Below are positions 12,913 to 27,043 of a DNA stretch of 64,000 nt, in pieces (positions within the stretch are counted from its first letter, which is position 1; each line of letters begins with the position of its first letter). The translations under genes were made by a program, and so were the position numbers. This DNA comes from Octopus sinensis (Eukaryota). The notes beneath the pieces were generated by a model that searched no databases, was not told the origin of the DNA, and was given only the letters and a program-made list of their open reading frames with translations. The stretch is from positions 68,324,001-68,388,000 of the forward strand of contig NC_043010.1 of NCBI RefSeq assembly GCF_006345805.1, read 5' to 3'.

Positions 12913-12915
<3 letters not shown>
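12740..12915 (+). mobile_element. SINE family A, 5'-truncated
   Basis: gagttcaaatcccaccgagg...caggctttgtgcctacagtagaaaa, lying between (TAT)n tracts. Confidence 0.7.
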
Positions 12916-12943
<28 letters not shown>

Positions 12944-13069
12944 ATCATTATTACTATTATTTTTTTTTTCTGTCAAATATATCATTGTTTGTTCCTTTAA
13001 ATGAGGGACTTCTGATATTAATTCTTTTCGAAATATTATTCGATATTATGCCAAATCGATTAGCCATTG

Positions 13070-13119
<50 letters not shown>

Positions 13120-13359
13120 ATATATATAAACTACAATACCGAACAACTTCCTCTATATTAACATCAACATCAACCGCAATCTAAAAGAATGTAATAAGGA
13201 TAGTAACACGGATATGACTGTCGGTTATAAAGCAACTTATTTATTCAAACATGTATTATTCTAAAAACAAGTAAAAAATATTACAGTCAGTAAAAGAAAT
13301 TCGGCTATTTCCCATTTTTTTCTGCCAAAGGAATTTTGACTTCTGTACCTTTTAGGAAG

Positions 13360-13396
<37 letters not shown>

Positions 13397-13869
13397 GTAT
13401 TAACCACATGTCGCGATCCATTCAAAGATGAATGAATAATGTCGGAATTTAAATGGAATTGAATAAAATGAAACAAAAAAAGAAAAGAAAAGAAATGTGT
13501 AAAAATAAATATAAAATAATAACAACGCAAAAAAGTCCGAAATTTAGAATGAAATTATAAAGTACTGATGAAGTTAAAAATAATAACAAAAATAATAAAA
13601 AAAAAAGCAACGGAAAAACTAAAATACGAAAGTAAAAGGTTATACTTGCTTGTCATGGAATAATGCTAACACAGGCAAACACAAGAAAAGTGGAATTTTA
13701 TCATGTGTTAAAAGACAATAAAAAAAAGAGGAAAAAAAGCGAAATAATTAAAAAGCCACACAAATGATTTCTTCAGTATTTTTTTTTTTTTTTTTTGGAA
13801 TATTTAAATTAATGAAGTACCAAGAAAACAATTCGGTGTTAACATGTTTAATGAACAAACAATAACGTG

Positions 13870-15163
13870 TGTATACGTTACATATATATATACACATATA
13901 TACATATACATATATATATATATACATATACATACATATATATATACATATATATATATGCATATATATATACATATATATGTGCACATATATATATATA
14001 TATATACATATATATATGTGCATATATATGTTCATATATATACATATATATATACATATATATATATATACATATATATATACATATATATATATATATA
14101 CAGACATACATATTTATAGACGTACGCACATATATATGCATATATATATATATATGTGCACATATATGTAATGTTAATATGAAAGTGTAGGTGATGTCAA
14201 AATAAAAGTAATGCTATAAATAATTTATACCAAAATTACCCCTCTCCCCCCCCTCAAATTGTTAATTATACACACGCTCACATATGTGCACTGAGGTAGC
14301 ATTTTATTGGCAATGACATATATATATATGTGTGTGTGTGCATGTGTGTGTATGTGCGCGCGCTCGTTGGCATATATATATATATATATATATATCCAAC
14401 TTATGTAGGATTCTTATATACGTAGGTATGCATATGTGTGTATGAGTATGTTTTTGTGTGTGTGTGAATTTGAGATTAGCTGTTTTGGAAATACACGCAT
14501 ACACACACACGTATGCAAATATATATATATATATGTATATATATATATGTTATATATATACATGTATATATATATGTATATATACATGTATATAATATGT
14601 ATATATATATATATGTATATATATACATGTATATATACGTATATATGTATGTATATATATATGTATGTATATATATATATGCATGTATATATGTATGTAT
14701 ATATGTATGTTATATATATGTATGTATATATATATGTATGTATATATGTATATATATTATATATGTATGTATATATGTATATATTATATAATGTATGTAT
14801 ACTGTATGTATATATATATGTATATATATAATATGTATATATATATGTTATATATATATATATGTATATATATATGTATATATAATATATGTATATATTA
14901 TGTATATATATGTATATATATGTATATATATATGTATATATATATAGGTATATATATAGTATATATATATATGTATAGTATATATATATTATGTATATAT
15001 ATATATATGTATATTATATTGTATATAATATATATGTATATATCTATATATGTATGTATATAGTGGATATATATATATATGTATGTATATATTATATATA
15101 TCTATATGTATGTATATATGTATATTATATATATGTATGTATATATGTATGTATATATATATG

Positions 15164-15194
<31 letters not shown>

Positions 15195-15220
15195 GTATAT
15201 ATATATATGTATGTATGTTT
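13870..15220. repeat. (TA)n/(TATG)n compound microsatellite field
   Basis: Similar fields at about 5805-6240, 9200-9760, 11440-12020, 25716-26470, 28970-29850, 39185-39830, 43740-44200 and 56660-57270. Confidence 0.95.
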
Positions 15221-16069
15221 GTGTATATAAAGCAGACGTTGAAATAGCGATATCTTGTTAAACTGTATATTTTGCTTTTCTTCACTTAGTTTAGTAGCAA
15301 ATGCAAGAAGAAAAAACCTAAATATTTATATACATTTATGACAAATGATTTAAAAAGCTACAGAGGTATATTTATGTACTTGTAACTGTTGTTTGTGCCT
15401 GTACAATATGTATGTATGCATACATACATACATATGTATATATGTATACGTACATATATGTATATGTCTGTATATATGTATATATACATGTTCATATATA
15501 TATATAGTTATTATTAGCCATTTGTTTTTGTTTTTCTATGTGAAAACAATAAAAATATAAACATCAAGTTTTGTTTTAAAAATTTTACTGCTTATATATA
15601 CATAATATGTATAACATGTACATTTGTTATATACAATGTATATGCCTTATATGAGATATATATATATATATATATAATGTATTATATAAACATATACGCA
15701 CACATATATAATATATATGTATTATATTATATATATATACATATATATATATAGATATGTATATATAATGTATATGTATTATATATACATATATATGTAT
15801 GTATATGTATTATATAAGATATATTTCATTGTATATGTATATATATATACATGTATATAATTGCGATAGTTTGAGTATGTAACATTGGAAATGTTAACTG
15901 AATGTGTGATGTTTTCTTTGTGTTTAATTTTTTGTATGTTTTATTGACCTTGTTGTTGACCTTTTTTTACTTAATTACATAAAGTGTGATTTGTAAATGT
16001 ATAAGGTTCTATAATTTGATTGAGATAAGCCTATATAGCTGTACGTATGTCTAAAATAAAAAATTCGCA

Positions 16070-16115
<46 letters not shown>

Positions 16116-17807
16116 TTTTTTTAATTAATTCAGATGGTAAATGTATTTTGTTCTTTTGACTAAATGTTGGACGGAAATTAAAAAAAATATATAATATACA
16201 AAAAAAATAAATAAATACAAGAAAACTAACTCATCCATTTGAAATTATTAATCTAATTTGAATTTTAGAAAGTCGATGCCACACTGTGATAAAACAACTA
16301 CAACCCATACGATGTTTTTTTTTATGTTTGCAATTACTTTGAGGGTAAAATACATACAAAATTTACATTTGTTTTTAGTGAAGAAAAAACAATATGAATC
16401 AAAAATATTGTATTTGCATATTTTTATATCAACGGGAAAGTAACTTGTAGAAATTAGCTTGCACATTGTTTTATTTTACAATTTCTATTCAGTTTATTAA
16501 ACTGCTGAATATGCTGTAGATAGATTCGTGCGTATAATACGTTTTTTTTTTATAAAAAAAAAAGACAAAAGAAGAGAAAAACACAGAGAACAAAAAAGCA
16601 AAAAAAAAAACGTCAGAAGCAAACAGAAACAAAAAAAATAAATAAAAAGAAAATTCGAGAAAATAAAATAAAATGTCTTCAAACATTATTATTATTATTA
16701 TTATTTAGCATATCGGATGATATTAGAAATAGCTGAAACTTTTAAAAACAGCGGGAGTAATTTCTATGCAGTACCTAGTTTGTTATACCAAGCTAGTTTA
16801 AAAAAAAAAATTCCTTTTGATGCGACTTTATTTCATTTTTGGCGTCAATAAAATAAGTACCAATAATAAACTGATGTCCGTTCTTTCAATCAATCCATTG
16901 TTTAAAGAAACGTCTTTCTTCAGAAGTCGTATGAAATCTGTTCTCCAAAATATTTGCTCTAAATGTCGAAAATTATTTGTGTTTGATTTTTTCCTGTTTA
17001 TTTATTTATATTTTCGGATTTTAACCCAATCTGAACTATTGTATTCATATATGACAACTGGTAACAATATATGCAGGAATAATGAGGATGTTTATGTGTG
17101 TAACCGAATGATTTTCTGGTTTAAAGACTCTGTCCCTTGGGGAGTGGAATTTTCGCTACAAATAAGCACATGTTTGAAATCGAGGTAAACCCAGGATTGT
17201 TTCTATGCTATTTTGACCCAAGCGGCTTGCGCTGGAAATTAGGATGACCCTATATCATCTATAGTTCTTAAAGCCAGCGAAATGCGAACTACTACCAATA
17301 ATAGCAATGGAGTTCTAAGTACAGACTTTTATTATTTTGTTTCCATTTCTAATTTATATATACAATGTATGGAGAATTTATGGAGTGAAGTTCCATAAAT
17401 CCTATCAATTTTGTTAAAAAATGGAGGAGCTAAGTTGTTAAAATATATAAGAAGTTTAATAGTTGCAGACGATCGTTTCGTACAGAGATATAATAATATG
17501 AATTCAGAGACTGGGTTGTAAAAAATAAGAGTCGTGAAAGTTTGTGGAATTCCTTTAACTTTTACATAAACTTTATGAAGAAAACACATTTCGTGTAAAT
17601 TTAGCATACGATGACCCCAATTTACAAATTGACATCTACCAACTGTTTTCCCTCCAGATATGATCCATGAAACATGAAGTGGTAGTCTATTGCTCACATT
17701 GAGTCCATTCTCCAAGGAGAAAGCAAACGTTCTTCTTTTCTATCATGAGGCAACATAATTTTTCTTTCAAGCGGTTTTCAAAAGTCGAATTAGAGTTTGC
17801 GAACATA

Positions 17808-18372
17808 TTGGGTTGTCCGGAAAGTTCGTGCCGATATTTAAAGGAAAGAAAAAGATCAATAAATACTTACCATTATATTTTTAATCAACCAAGTATGAAC
17901 CATTTTGTTGCACAATGCGTCTCCATCTTTCCTTTAACTTGAAAATATCCTCTTCCCAGAATTGAGGTGGTTTCATGGCAAATAATTCATCAAGGTATCT
18001 TTTTACGTCATCCAAGGAATTGAAATTTTTACCATTAAGACTAGTCTGCAGAGACTTGAATGAGTGGAAATCCAAAGGAGCAATATCTGGGGAATATGGA
18101 GGGTGGGGTGACACATCCCAGCCGAGCTGCAGCAATTTTTGTCTGGTTCCCAAAGCATCAAGTGCCGAAAATGAACTTTCTTATCATCCATTTTAAAGGG
18201 TTACAGAATTAACACAGGTTATAGGAAGATAAACCTTCTTCCACGAAAATATAGCTTAAACTGTGCTCTAAATGGAGGTGTAGTCAAATCTTATTTTATG
18301 GACTCAACCATGTTCTAAAATAAGTTGAAAGGTAAGCTACTATAATCGGCACGAACTTTCCGGACAACCCAA
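17808..18372 (-). mobile_element. internally deleted mariner transposon
   Basis: Perfect 28-bp TIRs TTGGGTTGTCCGGAAAGTTCGTGCCGAT (17808-17835 and 18345-18372) with TA on both sides. The minus strand encodes a transposase C-terminus, HPPYSPDIAPLDFHSF...W.....ERWRRIVQQNGSY. Confidence 0.93.
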
Positions 18373-18479
18373 TATTTAATTATCATTGAAATGGTATTAG
18401 AAAATCGTACATGTTTGGTCTTCCTTTAGGTCCATGTCCAAAATGTAGGATACAGGTGATGATATCCTTTACGGCAGCG

Positions 18480-18945
18480 AGTGATAGCCGAGGAGGGTAG
18501 AAGATATTAAGCGACTAGTATCCATCGATCACCCCTGTCTACTCCGCATCTTTCGTGTCCGATGGCATCATCACTTTGTCTCCAACAATTCGGTGCGACA
18601 CCAGTGTAAAATCACCTACCTAACGATATGTTTGCGTTGGCTGAGTCATGCCCTCCGTCGTCAACCAGGAGAATTCATCTACGAAGCAATTGCCTCAATT
18701 CCCTTCAGGGTTGGCGAAAGCGATGTGGTGGACAACGAAAAACCTGGCTGATGACGGTCAAGGCTGATCTGGAACCCAACCTAGGCCCCCATGTCTACGT
18801 CGTTCGCCGCTGGAATAGGGAGTGGTTGGAGATCACGAGGTTGTTAGTCTCAAATCGCCAGGCTTGGTCGGCGTTTGTAAGAGATGCAGCATTGAGGATG
18901 AATGAAGCCAGCTCAACTCAGCCCGGGTGAATGCTGTCTCAAGAA
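18480..18945 (+). mobile_element. RTE-type LINE 3' remnant
   Basis: Translates to DHPCLLRIFRVRW and RKRCGGQRKTW...V..DL...W.......NRQAW, typical of the RTE ORF C-terminus. Confidence 0.7.
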
Positions 18946-19413
18946 AATATCCTTCCACAATTCTCTGTCCTTTGTTTTCTGTGATAGTTCCCCTTCCTGG
19001 TGTTTAATGTCTCTTCCAACCAGTTCGTCAAGCTTAACATCCAAGTCATCCCTCTCCTTCTTCTACTCCTTTTCCCACCAATCTTTCCGGTCATCGCTCA
19101 TTTCTCCAATCCCTTTTTACTCATCACATGACGAAGAGATCTTGGTCATGCACAAGCCGATACCAAGATAAAATTGTGGCAGAACAAGATTGGAAGTAAG
19201 GAGAAAAGATACGTAATAAATTCAAAATCAAAAAGCAGATTAACGAAAACCTATGGATTAACAAAAAAGCGGAGAGAGCAACACAAGAAAGGTGAGAAAA
19301 GATTCAGCGCCACTTGAAATTGAGGTAATCGGGTTAATTGCTATATTCGACTAATCATTAACAGTCAGCAATACTAATTCAGGTTCAAAAATTTCCCATT
19401 ATGAATTTTAATT

Positions 19414-19960
19414 AGGTGTAGGAGTGTCTGTATGGTAAGAAGCTTGCTTACCAACCACATGGTTCCGGGTTCAGTCCAACTGCGTGGCACTTTGGGCAAG
19501 TGTCTTCTACTATAGCCTCGGACCGACCAAAGCCTTGTGAGTGGATTTGGTGGACGGAAACTGAAAGAAGCCCGTCGTATATATGTATATTAATGTGTGT
19601 GTGTGTGTGTATGTGTGTGCCTGGGTTGTCTCCCCAACATCGCTTGACAACCGATGCTGGTGTGTTTACGTCCCCGTAACTTAGCGGTTCGGCAAATGAG
19701 ACCGATAGAATAAGTACTAGACTTACAAGGAATAAGTCCTGGGGTCGATTTGCTTGACTGAAGGCGGTGCTCCAGCATGGCCACAGTCACATGACTGAAA
19801 CAAGTAACAGAGTAACTGCGTAGTAAGAAGTTTGCTTCCCAGCCACATGGTTCTGGGTTCAGTTCCGCTGCATGACACCTCGGGCGAGTGTTTTCTATAA
19901 CCCTAGGCTGACTAAACCCTCGTCAGTGGATTTTTTTTACGGTAACTGAAAGAAAGCCAC
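19414..19960 (+). mobile_element. SINE family B plus a second 5' fragment
   Basis: Full copy 19414-19815; second head 19816-19960. Confidence 0.8.
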
Positions 19961-21077
19961 CTGATATATATATATATATATATATATACACGAGCAAAAC
20001 GCCCCCCGTCCAATGGACGGTGCTGAGTTGTCAAACATTTAAACCAAATTTTCTCAAGACAACTTCTCCGACCGTCCCATAGGCCTCCCCTTTGAGAAAC
20101 ACTGATTTAACCTAAATTTGAGACACCAGCAAAAGAAGGAATAATGATAGACTTTTTTCTATTCCAAAGAAAAACGATTTTATTCACACAAATATGCAAC
20201 CTTAGAGTTTAAAGTACCAGTAATGAAAAGGCTGTTGACTGGGAGAACACAAAAATGGTTTAAACAGTAAGCTTGCCAGGAAAGAAACATGCCTTTAAGC
20301 AGTACAAAAACAACAAAAAATGGAAGGTGCAGTCTAGTACAGGTTGAAAAGCAGGACAAAAAGAGCTTTATCAATCGCATTCTCACCTGGAATCGATTTT
20401 TGTAATTTTTTCAAGACTTATACACGCCCTGATACCGGCGGTATCTACATATCAAATTTGAGCGCAATCGGATGGAGGATGCCCGAGATCATAGAAGACA
20501 CACACGCAGATAGACAGAACGGATTTTATATAATAGATATATATAATAGATATATATAAGTAAAAATTCATTTGGGTATTAAATAACCACCTAAGAGATG
20601 TTATATATCCAAAGTATTACTGGTTTATTACCTATATAAAGAAAATTGTTATGAATGAATAAGTCATTTGTGTATATAGAAATAATGAAATTGGACTGAA
20701 TTTGTCATTTATTGATTCAATTATTCAATTTATCATTTTGTTTCCGTTTCTAATTTATATATATATATATAATGAATGGAGAATTTATGCAGTGAAGTTC
20801 CATAAATCACATCAATTTTGTTAAAAATGGAGGAGACAAGTTGTTAAAATATATAAGGAGTTTAATTCTTGCAGACGATCGTTTCGTACAGAGGTATAAT
20901 AATATGAATTCATGACTGAATTAAGTTTAATTAAATATCAACGTATCTTCAGTGCTGGGAAGAAAGAAAAACATAATACAAGTAACTTGTAAAGGAATAT
21001 AGGAGAAAAAATGGATCTAGGAGATTCATGTTGGTATCCGTGTAAGAGATGGGCGTATATATATATATATATATATA

Positions 21078-21264
21078 TATAGTGAAAATTTATAGAAAAA
21101 CAAACGACGAAGATAAGTGTATGAGTAACAAGCAAGAGTAATAGTTTGACGCTCGGGCAAATGAAAAAGTCTTTTACATTTCGAGCCTACGCTCTTCAAC
21201 AGAAAGGATTAAGAGGAAATAAACAGAGCGAGAATGAAAATAATTCCCCAGGGCAACATGGCGA

Positions 21265-21266
<2 letters not shown>
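21078..21266 (-). mobile_element. Penelope-type terminal fragment with variant hammerhead (21171-21206)
   Basis: CUUU-CUGUUGA-A-GAGC(gtag)GCUC-GAA-AUGU-A-AAAG, lying between (TA)n tracts. Confidence 0.55.
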
Positions 21267-21317
<51 letters not shown>

Positions 21318-21757
21318 GAAAATTTAGAAAATGGAGATATAGCATTTATATAATTGTTTATCTGCAAAAACCCAACATATTCTCTTACAGCTGTTTCAGT
21401 TTGGCCTAAAAGATTAAATTACGTGTGTCTGTAAATTTTTAGCTATATATGTATGTTTCTTTGTGTTTATCCCTTGCCATCGCTTGACACCCAGTGTTGG
21501 TTTGTTGATGTCTCCGTCACTTTCTGAGTCGGCTAAAGATTAATATAAAGTAAGTATGGCGTTTAAAAATAAATACTGGGGCCGATTAAAGTCTTCAATG
21601 GGTAGCTCCAGCATGGCCGCAGTCCAATGACTGAAAGAAATAGAAGACAAAAGATAATAGAAATGAAATCCGTGCCTTACAAAGAATTGATCTGGGAAAG
21701 ATCTGTCTCCTCAATAAAATATAGAAAAAATCCCAGTCAAGGGGCAGAATAGGGATA

Positions 21758-22141
21758 TGGAAGCACTCCGTCGGTTACGACGACGAGGGTTCCGGTTGAT
21801 CCAAATCAACGGAACAGCCTGCTCGTGAAATTAACGTGTAAGTGGCTGAGCACTCCACAGACACGTGCACCCTTAACGTAGTTCTCGGGGATATTCAGCG
21901 TGACACAGAGAGTGACAAGGCCGGCCCTTTGGAATACAGGTACGACAGAAACAGGCAGTAAGAGTGAGAGAAAGTTGTGGTGAAAGAGTACAGCAGGGAT
22001 CACCACCATCCCCTGCCGGAGCCTCGTGGAGCTTTAGGTGTTTTCGCTCAATAAACACTCACAACGCCCGGCCTGGGAATCGAAACCGCGATCCTATGAC
22101 CGCGAGTCCGCTGCCCTAACCACTGGGCCATTGCGCCTCCA
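21758..22141 (-). mobile_element. SINE family C, tail type 1, full length with 13-bp TSD
   Basis: Flanked by exact CAGAATAGGGATA repeats at 21745-21757 and 22142-22154. Confidence 0.9.
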
Positions 22142-22149
22142 CAGAATAG

Positions 22150-22470
22150 GGATAAGACAACCTATAAACGAGTAGACGTATTCACCGTCCAGGAACCTAT
22201 GCATATACTTCAATTAATATCTACATGCATTCAGAACAAAGTACCTTTACAGTGCCAAAAATCCTAGCCTGGCGATCAAAATACAAAATTAGGTACTGCA
22301 ATAGCTTATGATTCAGAGGTTCACAGTTTTTCAATCTCCTCCTTAAGGACTTGGAAGACCTACATAGGATGGATGTAGATGTCTTCAAAACAGAAGTGGA
22401 TCTACTGCCAAGAGTTCAAGATGAACCAATTTCACGGCAGGAAACGCGAATAAATGCAACAGCATCAAAG
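22150..22470 (+). mobile_element. CR1/L2-type LINE ORF2 3' remnant
   Basis: Translates to RYCNSL*FRGSQFFNLLLKDL...DVDVFKTEVDLLPRVQDEP. Confidence 0.6.
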
Positions 22471-22485
22471 TCCTTCAGTCACTAA

Positions 22486-22711
22486 ATCCTTTCTACTATA
22501 GGAACAAGGCCTGAATTTTTGGGGGAGGGGGAGCAGTCGATCACAACGACCCCCAGTACTCTACTGGTCCTTAATTTATCGACCCCGAAAAGATGAAAAG
22601 CAAAGTCGACCTTGGCGGAATTTGAACTCAGAACGTAGCGACGGGCGAAATACCTCTAAGCCTTTTGCCCGGCGCGCTAACAATTCTGCCAGCACGCCGC
22701 CTTGATATTAT

Positions 22712-22742
<31 letters not shown>

Positions 22743-22895
22743 TCCTCTCTACTATAGGCACAAGACCTGAATTTTGTGGGGAAGAGGGAAAATCGATCAT
22801 ATCGGCCCCAGTACTCAACTGGTACTCGATTTATCGACCCCGAAAGGATGAAAGACAAAGTCGACCTCGGCGGAGTTTCAACTTAGAACGTAGCA
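22486..22895 (-). mobile_element. SINE family A, two copies
   Basis: Reverse-complement matches at about 22486-22706 (with head) and 22741-22895. Confidence 0.75.
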
Positions 22896-23990
22896 ATAAA
22901 CGATCCTTCATTTACCAAATGCCAACTATTAAAGGAAGATTAATGAAGGTGTAGCTACAGTAGTAGTGGTGACCCGGGACGACCTCAACTCTCGAACTGA
23001 AAGAAATAAAAGCGAGAGAGTACGCCATTCACTACAGCATTCCGAAACTTCTACAAACCGCGTGGACGCCGGCAACAAGTGGATCTTGTAATCAGTGGAA
23101 ATTTTGTCTTTACGGAAGAAACGAAAGAGAAATCACTTCAATATAACTGAAGGCCATCAGGAGAACACATACACACACACACACAAACACACACTTGCAT
23201 ACAAACACACAAACATAGGCTTACTAAGAACATGATCTTGTATTTCTCAACCATACGTGTCGTTGAGTATCACATGACGATCACTCTATTTTCGTTATCA
23301 GATAATCTGTGTGATATCGGTGACAATATATCTCAACTCTAAATCATACATGTTCTACACTTTATGACTTGTAATTATAGACACATTTTATAGCATGCCA
23401 TGCCGCTTTTCCTCATCATATTTCGATCTACTTTAGGGAAATCGTATACCTATAATATCATATAAAAAAAAAACATCTTAAAAGCTGCTATTGCAGAAGA
23501 CATGAAATAGCACTATTTCATGGATGTTCTTTGTCATTTTACGTACATATACACCGCCAGTGTGCGGGTGTATGTAATTTTAGCCAACCAGTATCCTCCA
23601 TTGCTGATATACCAGAAGTTACGATTTTCTGTCTCCATGGACTGCTCACACACACAGGGACGAGACAACGAAGTCGAGACCTTTACGTGGTCTCTCGAAC
23701 TGCTAGAAATAGTAACCAAATCGTCTTTAATCTACGTCATAACTACTAAAAAGCACAAAGGCGACTCATTGTGCCACAGAACAGTCGATTTCTTCGCTTG
23801 CGTGGGGTCTAAGTGCTTTCTATTTGAATTAAAATCGATCTCCGCGGATGTAATATTTTATTGAACTCACGTCCCTTAAGACATATACGGTGGGAGGAGC
23901 ACAGATCTCTACTAAGTGTATTTGCATTTTTCTTATAATGTATTGCAAACAAATACGATTCACACAATAGGAATGCACTCTTGCCGCAAA

Positions 23991-24386
23991 TCTATTTCTC
24001 TATATAAAGCTGAAGTTGTCTGTGTGTGGCAGGTTTGGTAGCCTTCAACTAACACTATCTCCTCCGAGACCCTGCTGCGCAAGTTGACCAAAATTGAGAG
24101 TATGATAGAAGAAGGCTTGCTCTTCATTCCGTAGAAGATAAAATTCAAATCAGACCATGTTAACACCAAAAATTACTTACATCAAAAAGATGCTTTTTTT
24201 TTCTATGAAAATCCCTATTTTTTACGATTTTTTTACTGCTGTGTCGCCATTTTTCGGTGTATTTCAACCAGAACAATATTCACTTAAAGAGAATAACAAG
24301 CTACATAATGCAAAAGTTTTACTTTTCAAAAATTCCAATTCTAAAGGGTCGAAACAAACCCGAGCAACGCCGGGCGATACTGCTAG
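23991..24386 (+). mobile_element. non-autonomous Helitron, family 2
   Basis: A|TC...caaacccgagcaacgccgggcgatactgCTAG|T. Confidence 0.8.
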
Positions 24387-25374
24387 TAATAATAAAATGT
24401 ATAAAGTTTACGTAGGTGCAGGCGTGGCTGTGTGGTAAGAAGCTTGCTTCCCAACCATATGATTCGGAGTTCAGTCCCACAACGTGGAAACTTGGGCAAG
24501 TGTTCCTTCCTTTAAAAATGACGATTCACACAATCTATCTATCTCTATCTATGTACACTGCGTTTCAAAGTATTTACGATGTAACATTTGTTTCCTTTAT
24601 TTAAATACTACTCGTTGGAATTCAACAAAATTTCCACAGGATAATGGATATATATACACACGACGAGCGCTTCTTTCTGTTTTTGTCTTGGGGCCATTGT
24701 TGAGATTGGGGCCTTGGGGCCATTGTTGAGATACTCTACTACTTGTACTTGTAGCGACATTCACCCTGGGCGGGTTGAGTCGGCTTCTTCTACCATGGAA
24801 GAAGTTTCGTGGGAATATGTGGATTTTACAAGCGGTCCCTAACAATCCCGCATGTAGAGACATCCTGTTTGCCGCAGATTGTCCGCAGACGCAGGGACAG
24901 AACAACCGAGGAGCCGCCGGTCGCCGAAACAGTCACTCCGAGGATTTTCACCAGAGCCCCGTCTGCCGGGTTGTGGCCCTAATACCACTCGGTGTCAGAC
25001 CAATCCGCTTTGGGTGGCCCTACCAGGAACCGAAGTTCCCGACGGCATAGCTCTGACACTACTCGTTGCCAGCATCCCTACCACGGTGAGGAGGGGATGG
25101 ACTTTGGGGACACATTGTTGAGATACAAATGGTGGAACCGAACCGAACCCGGAGACATATGGTTAGAGAGCAAATTCGTTCCCACCACAGCCATGCTTTG
25201 TACCTATAAGGGATCCAATAGGATATACCGTGCATTTGCTTTTCGAAAAGCATTTGTGATAAGAGACGAAAAGAACGTGTGATGCAGGAAGGCTGGAACT
25301 TATTGTGACTTTGTTCCTGGAAGGAAGAAACGAAGTAACAGCAGCAACAACAACAAGCACCTTCCTCCTCCACC

Positions 25375-25405
<31 letters not shown>

Positions 25406-25713
25406 TAATGGCAAGAGCGAAAAATATTCCTGCAAGAATAAAAAGTGAACAGTATAAGAAAAACACAAGCGAAGACGACAGCTGCCGACATTCAACTTAC
25501 ATGTGGTCTCAGACTCAAGAAAGCGTAATAAGGAATGTCTATGAAAAAAAAAAAAAAAGTGGGAGGGGAGCAAAAAGGAACTGGTAAAAAAAAAACAAAA
25601 AGAAAAGAAAACTTAGCTAGAAATTACCTCTGAAAAAAAAAAGAGGTCAATTTGTGTTTGTTTTTTGAGTTGTTTTTTTCTTTTAAGACGGAATTACGTC
25701 TGTATGTACTAAA

Positions 25714-25803
<90 letters not shown>

Positions 25804-25915
25804 CGTGTGTGTGTATATATATATATTTATTTGTATATGTATATATATGTATATGCATATATATATATATATTTGTATATGTATATATATGTATATGTAT
25901 GTATATATATATATA

Positions 25916-25946
<31 letters not shown>

Positions 25947-25987
25947 GTATATATATGTATATGCATGTGTATATATATATATATATA

Positions 25988-26041
<54 letters not shown>

Positions 26042-26046
26042 GTGTG

Positions 26047-26084
<38 letters not shown>

Positions 26085-26133
26085 TTTATGTATATATATG
26101 TATGTACATATATGTGTGTATATATATGTATGT

Positions 26134-26204
<71 letters not shown>

Positions 26205-26232
26205 TATGCATGTATGTATATATATATGTATG

Positions 26233-26266
<34 letters not shown>

Positions 26267-26472
26267 CATACATATATATATATGCATACATTATACATAC
26301 ATGCATACACACATACACACTCACATATACACCTTTATTTATACATACTTATGCATATGTTTGTACGCATACACATACATACACTTACAGATAAATACAT
26401 ACATAAATACACACATATACATATGTATATGAATATGTGTGTATGCGTATGTGTATATACACACACATATAT

Positions 26473-26616
26473 AGTCGTAGGAGTGGCTGCGCGGTAAGTA
26501 GCTTCCTTCCAACTACATGGTTCCTGGTTCAGTCCCACTGCGTATCACTTTGGACAAGCCTCGGGCCGACCACATCTGAGTTGATTTGGTAGACGGAAAC
26601 TGAAAAAAGCCTGTCG

Positions 26617-26650
<34 letters not shown>

Positions 26651-26856
26651 GTGTGTGTGTGTGTGTGTGTGTTTGTCTCCCCCAACATCACTTGACAACC
26701 GATGTTGGTGTGTTTCCGCCTCGAACTTAACGGTTGGACAAAAGAGACCGATAGAATAAGTACTAGATTTACAAAGAATAAGTCTTGGAGCCGATTTTCT
26801 CCACTAAAGCGGTGCTCCAGCACGGCCGTAGTCAAATGACTGGAAGAAGTAAAAGA
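26473..26856 (+). mobile_element. SINE family B
   Basis: Same head, body and tail; a family D element is inserted at its 3' tail. Confidence 0.8.
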
Positions 26857-26867
26857 ATATATACAAA

Positions 26868-27008
26868 GCATATGGCGGAGTGATTAAGAGCGCGGGCTAC
26901 TAACCACAAGATTTCGAGTTCGATTCCAGGCAGTGACCTGAAAAATAATAGGAATAATAATAATGATGATAATAATAATAATAAAATAATAATAATAATA
27001 ATAATAAC

Positions 27009-27043
<35 letters not shown>

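Noticed and set aside
19990-20104. hAT-like TIR (tttgagaaacactg)
   Set aside because: Only one end is visible and there is no TSD, so it could not be delimited.
20350-20538. Helitron-like 5' end on the minus strand
   Set aside because: No matching 3' hairpin plus CTAG|T was found.
24901-24940. CCGAGGA...GAAACAGUC hammerhead-like string
   Set aside because: U4 is missing, and neither stem I nor stem II pairs.
26868-26940. tRNA genes at SINE heads (families A-D)
   Set aside because: A and B boxes are present, but acceptor stems do not pair and the heads continue into repeat bodies.
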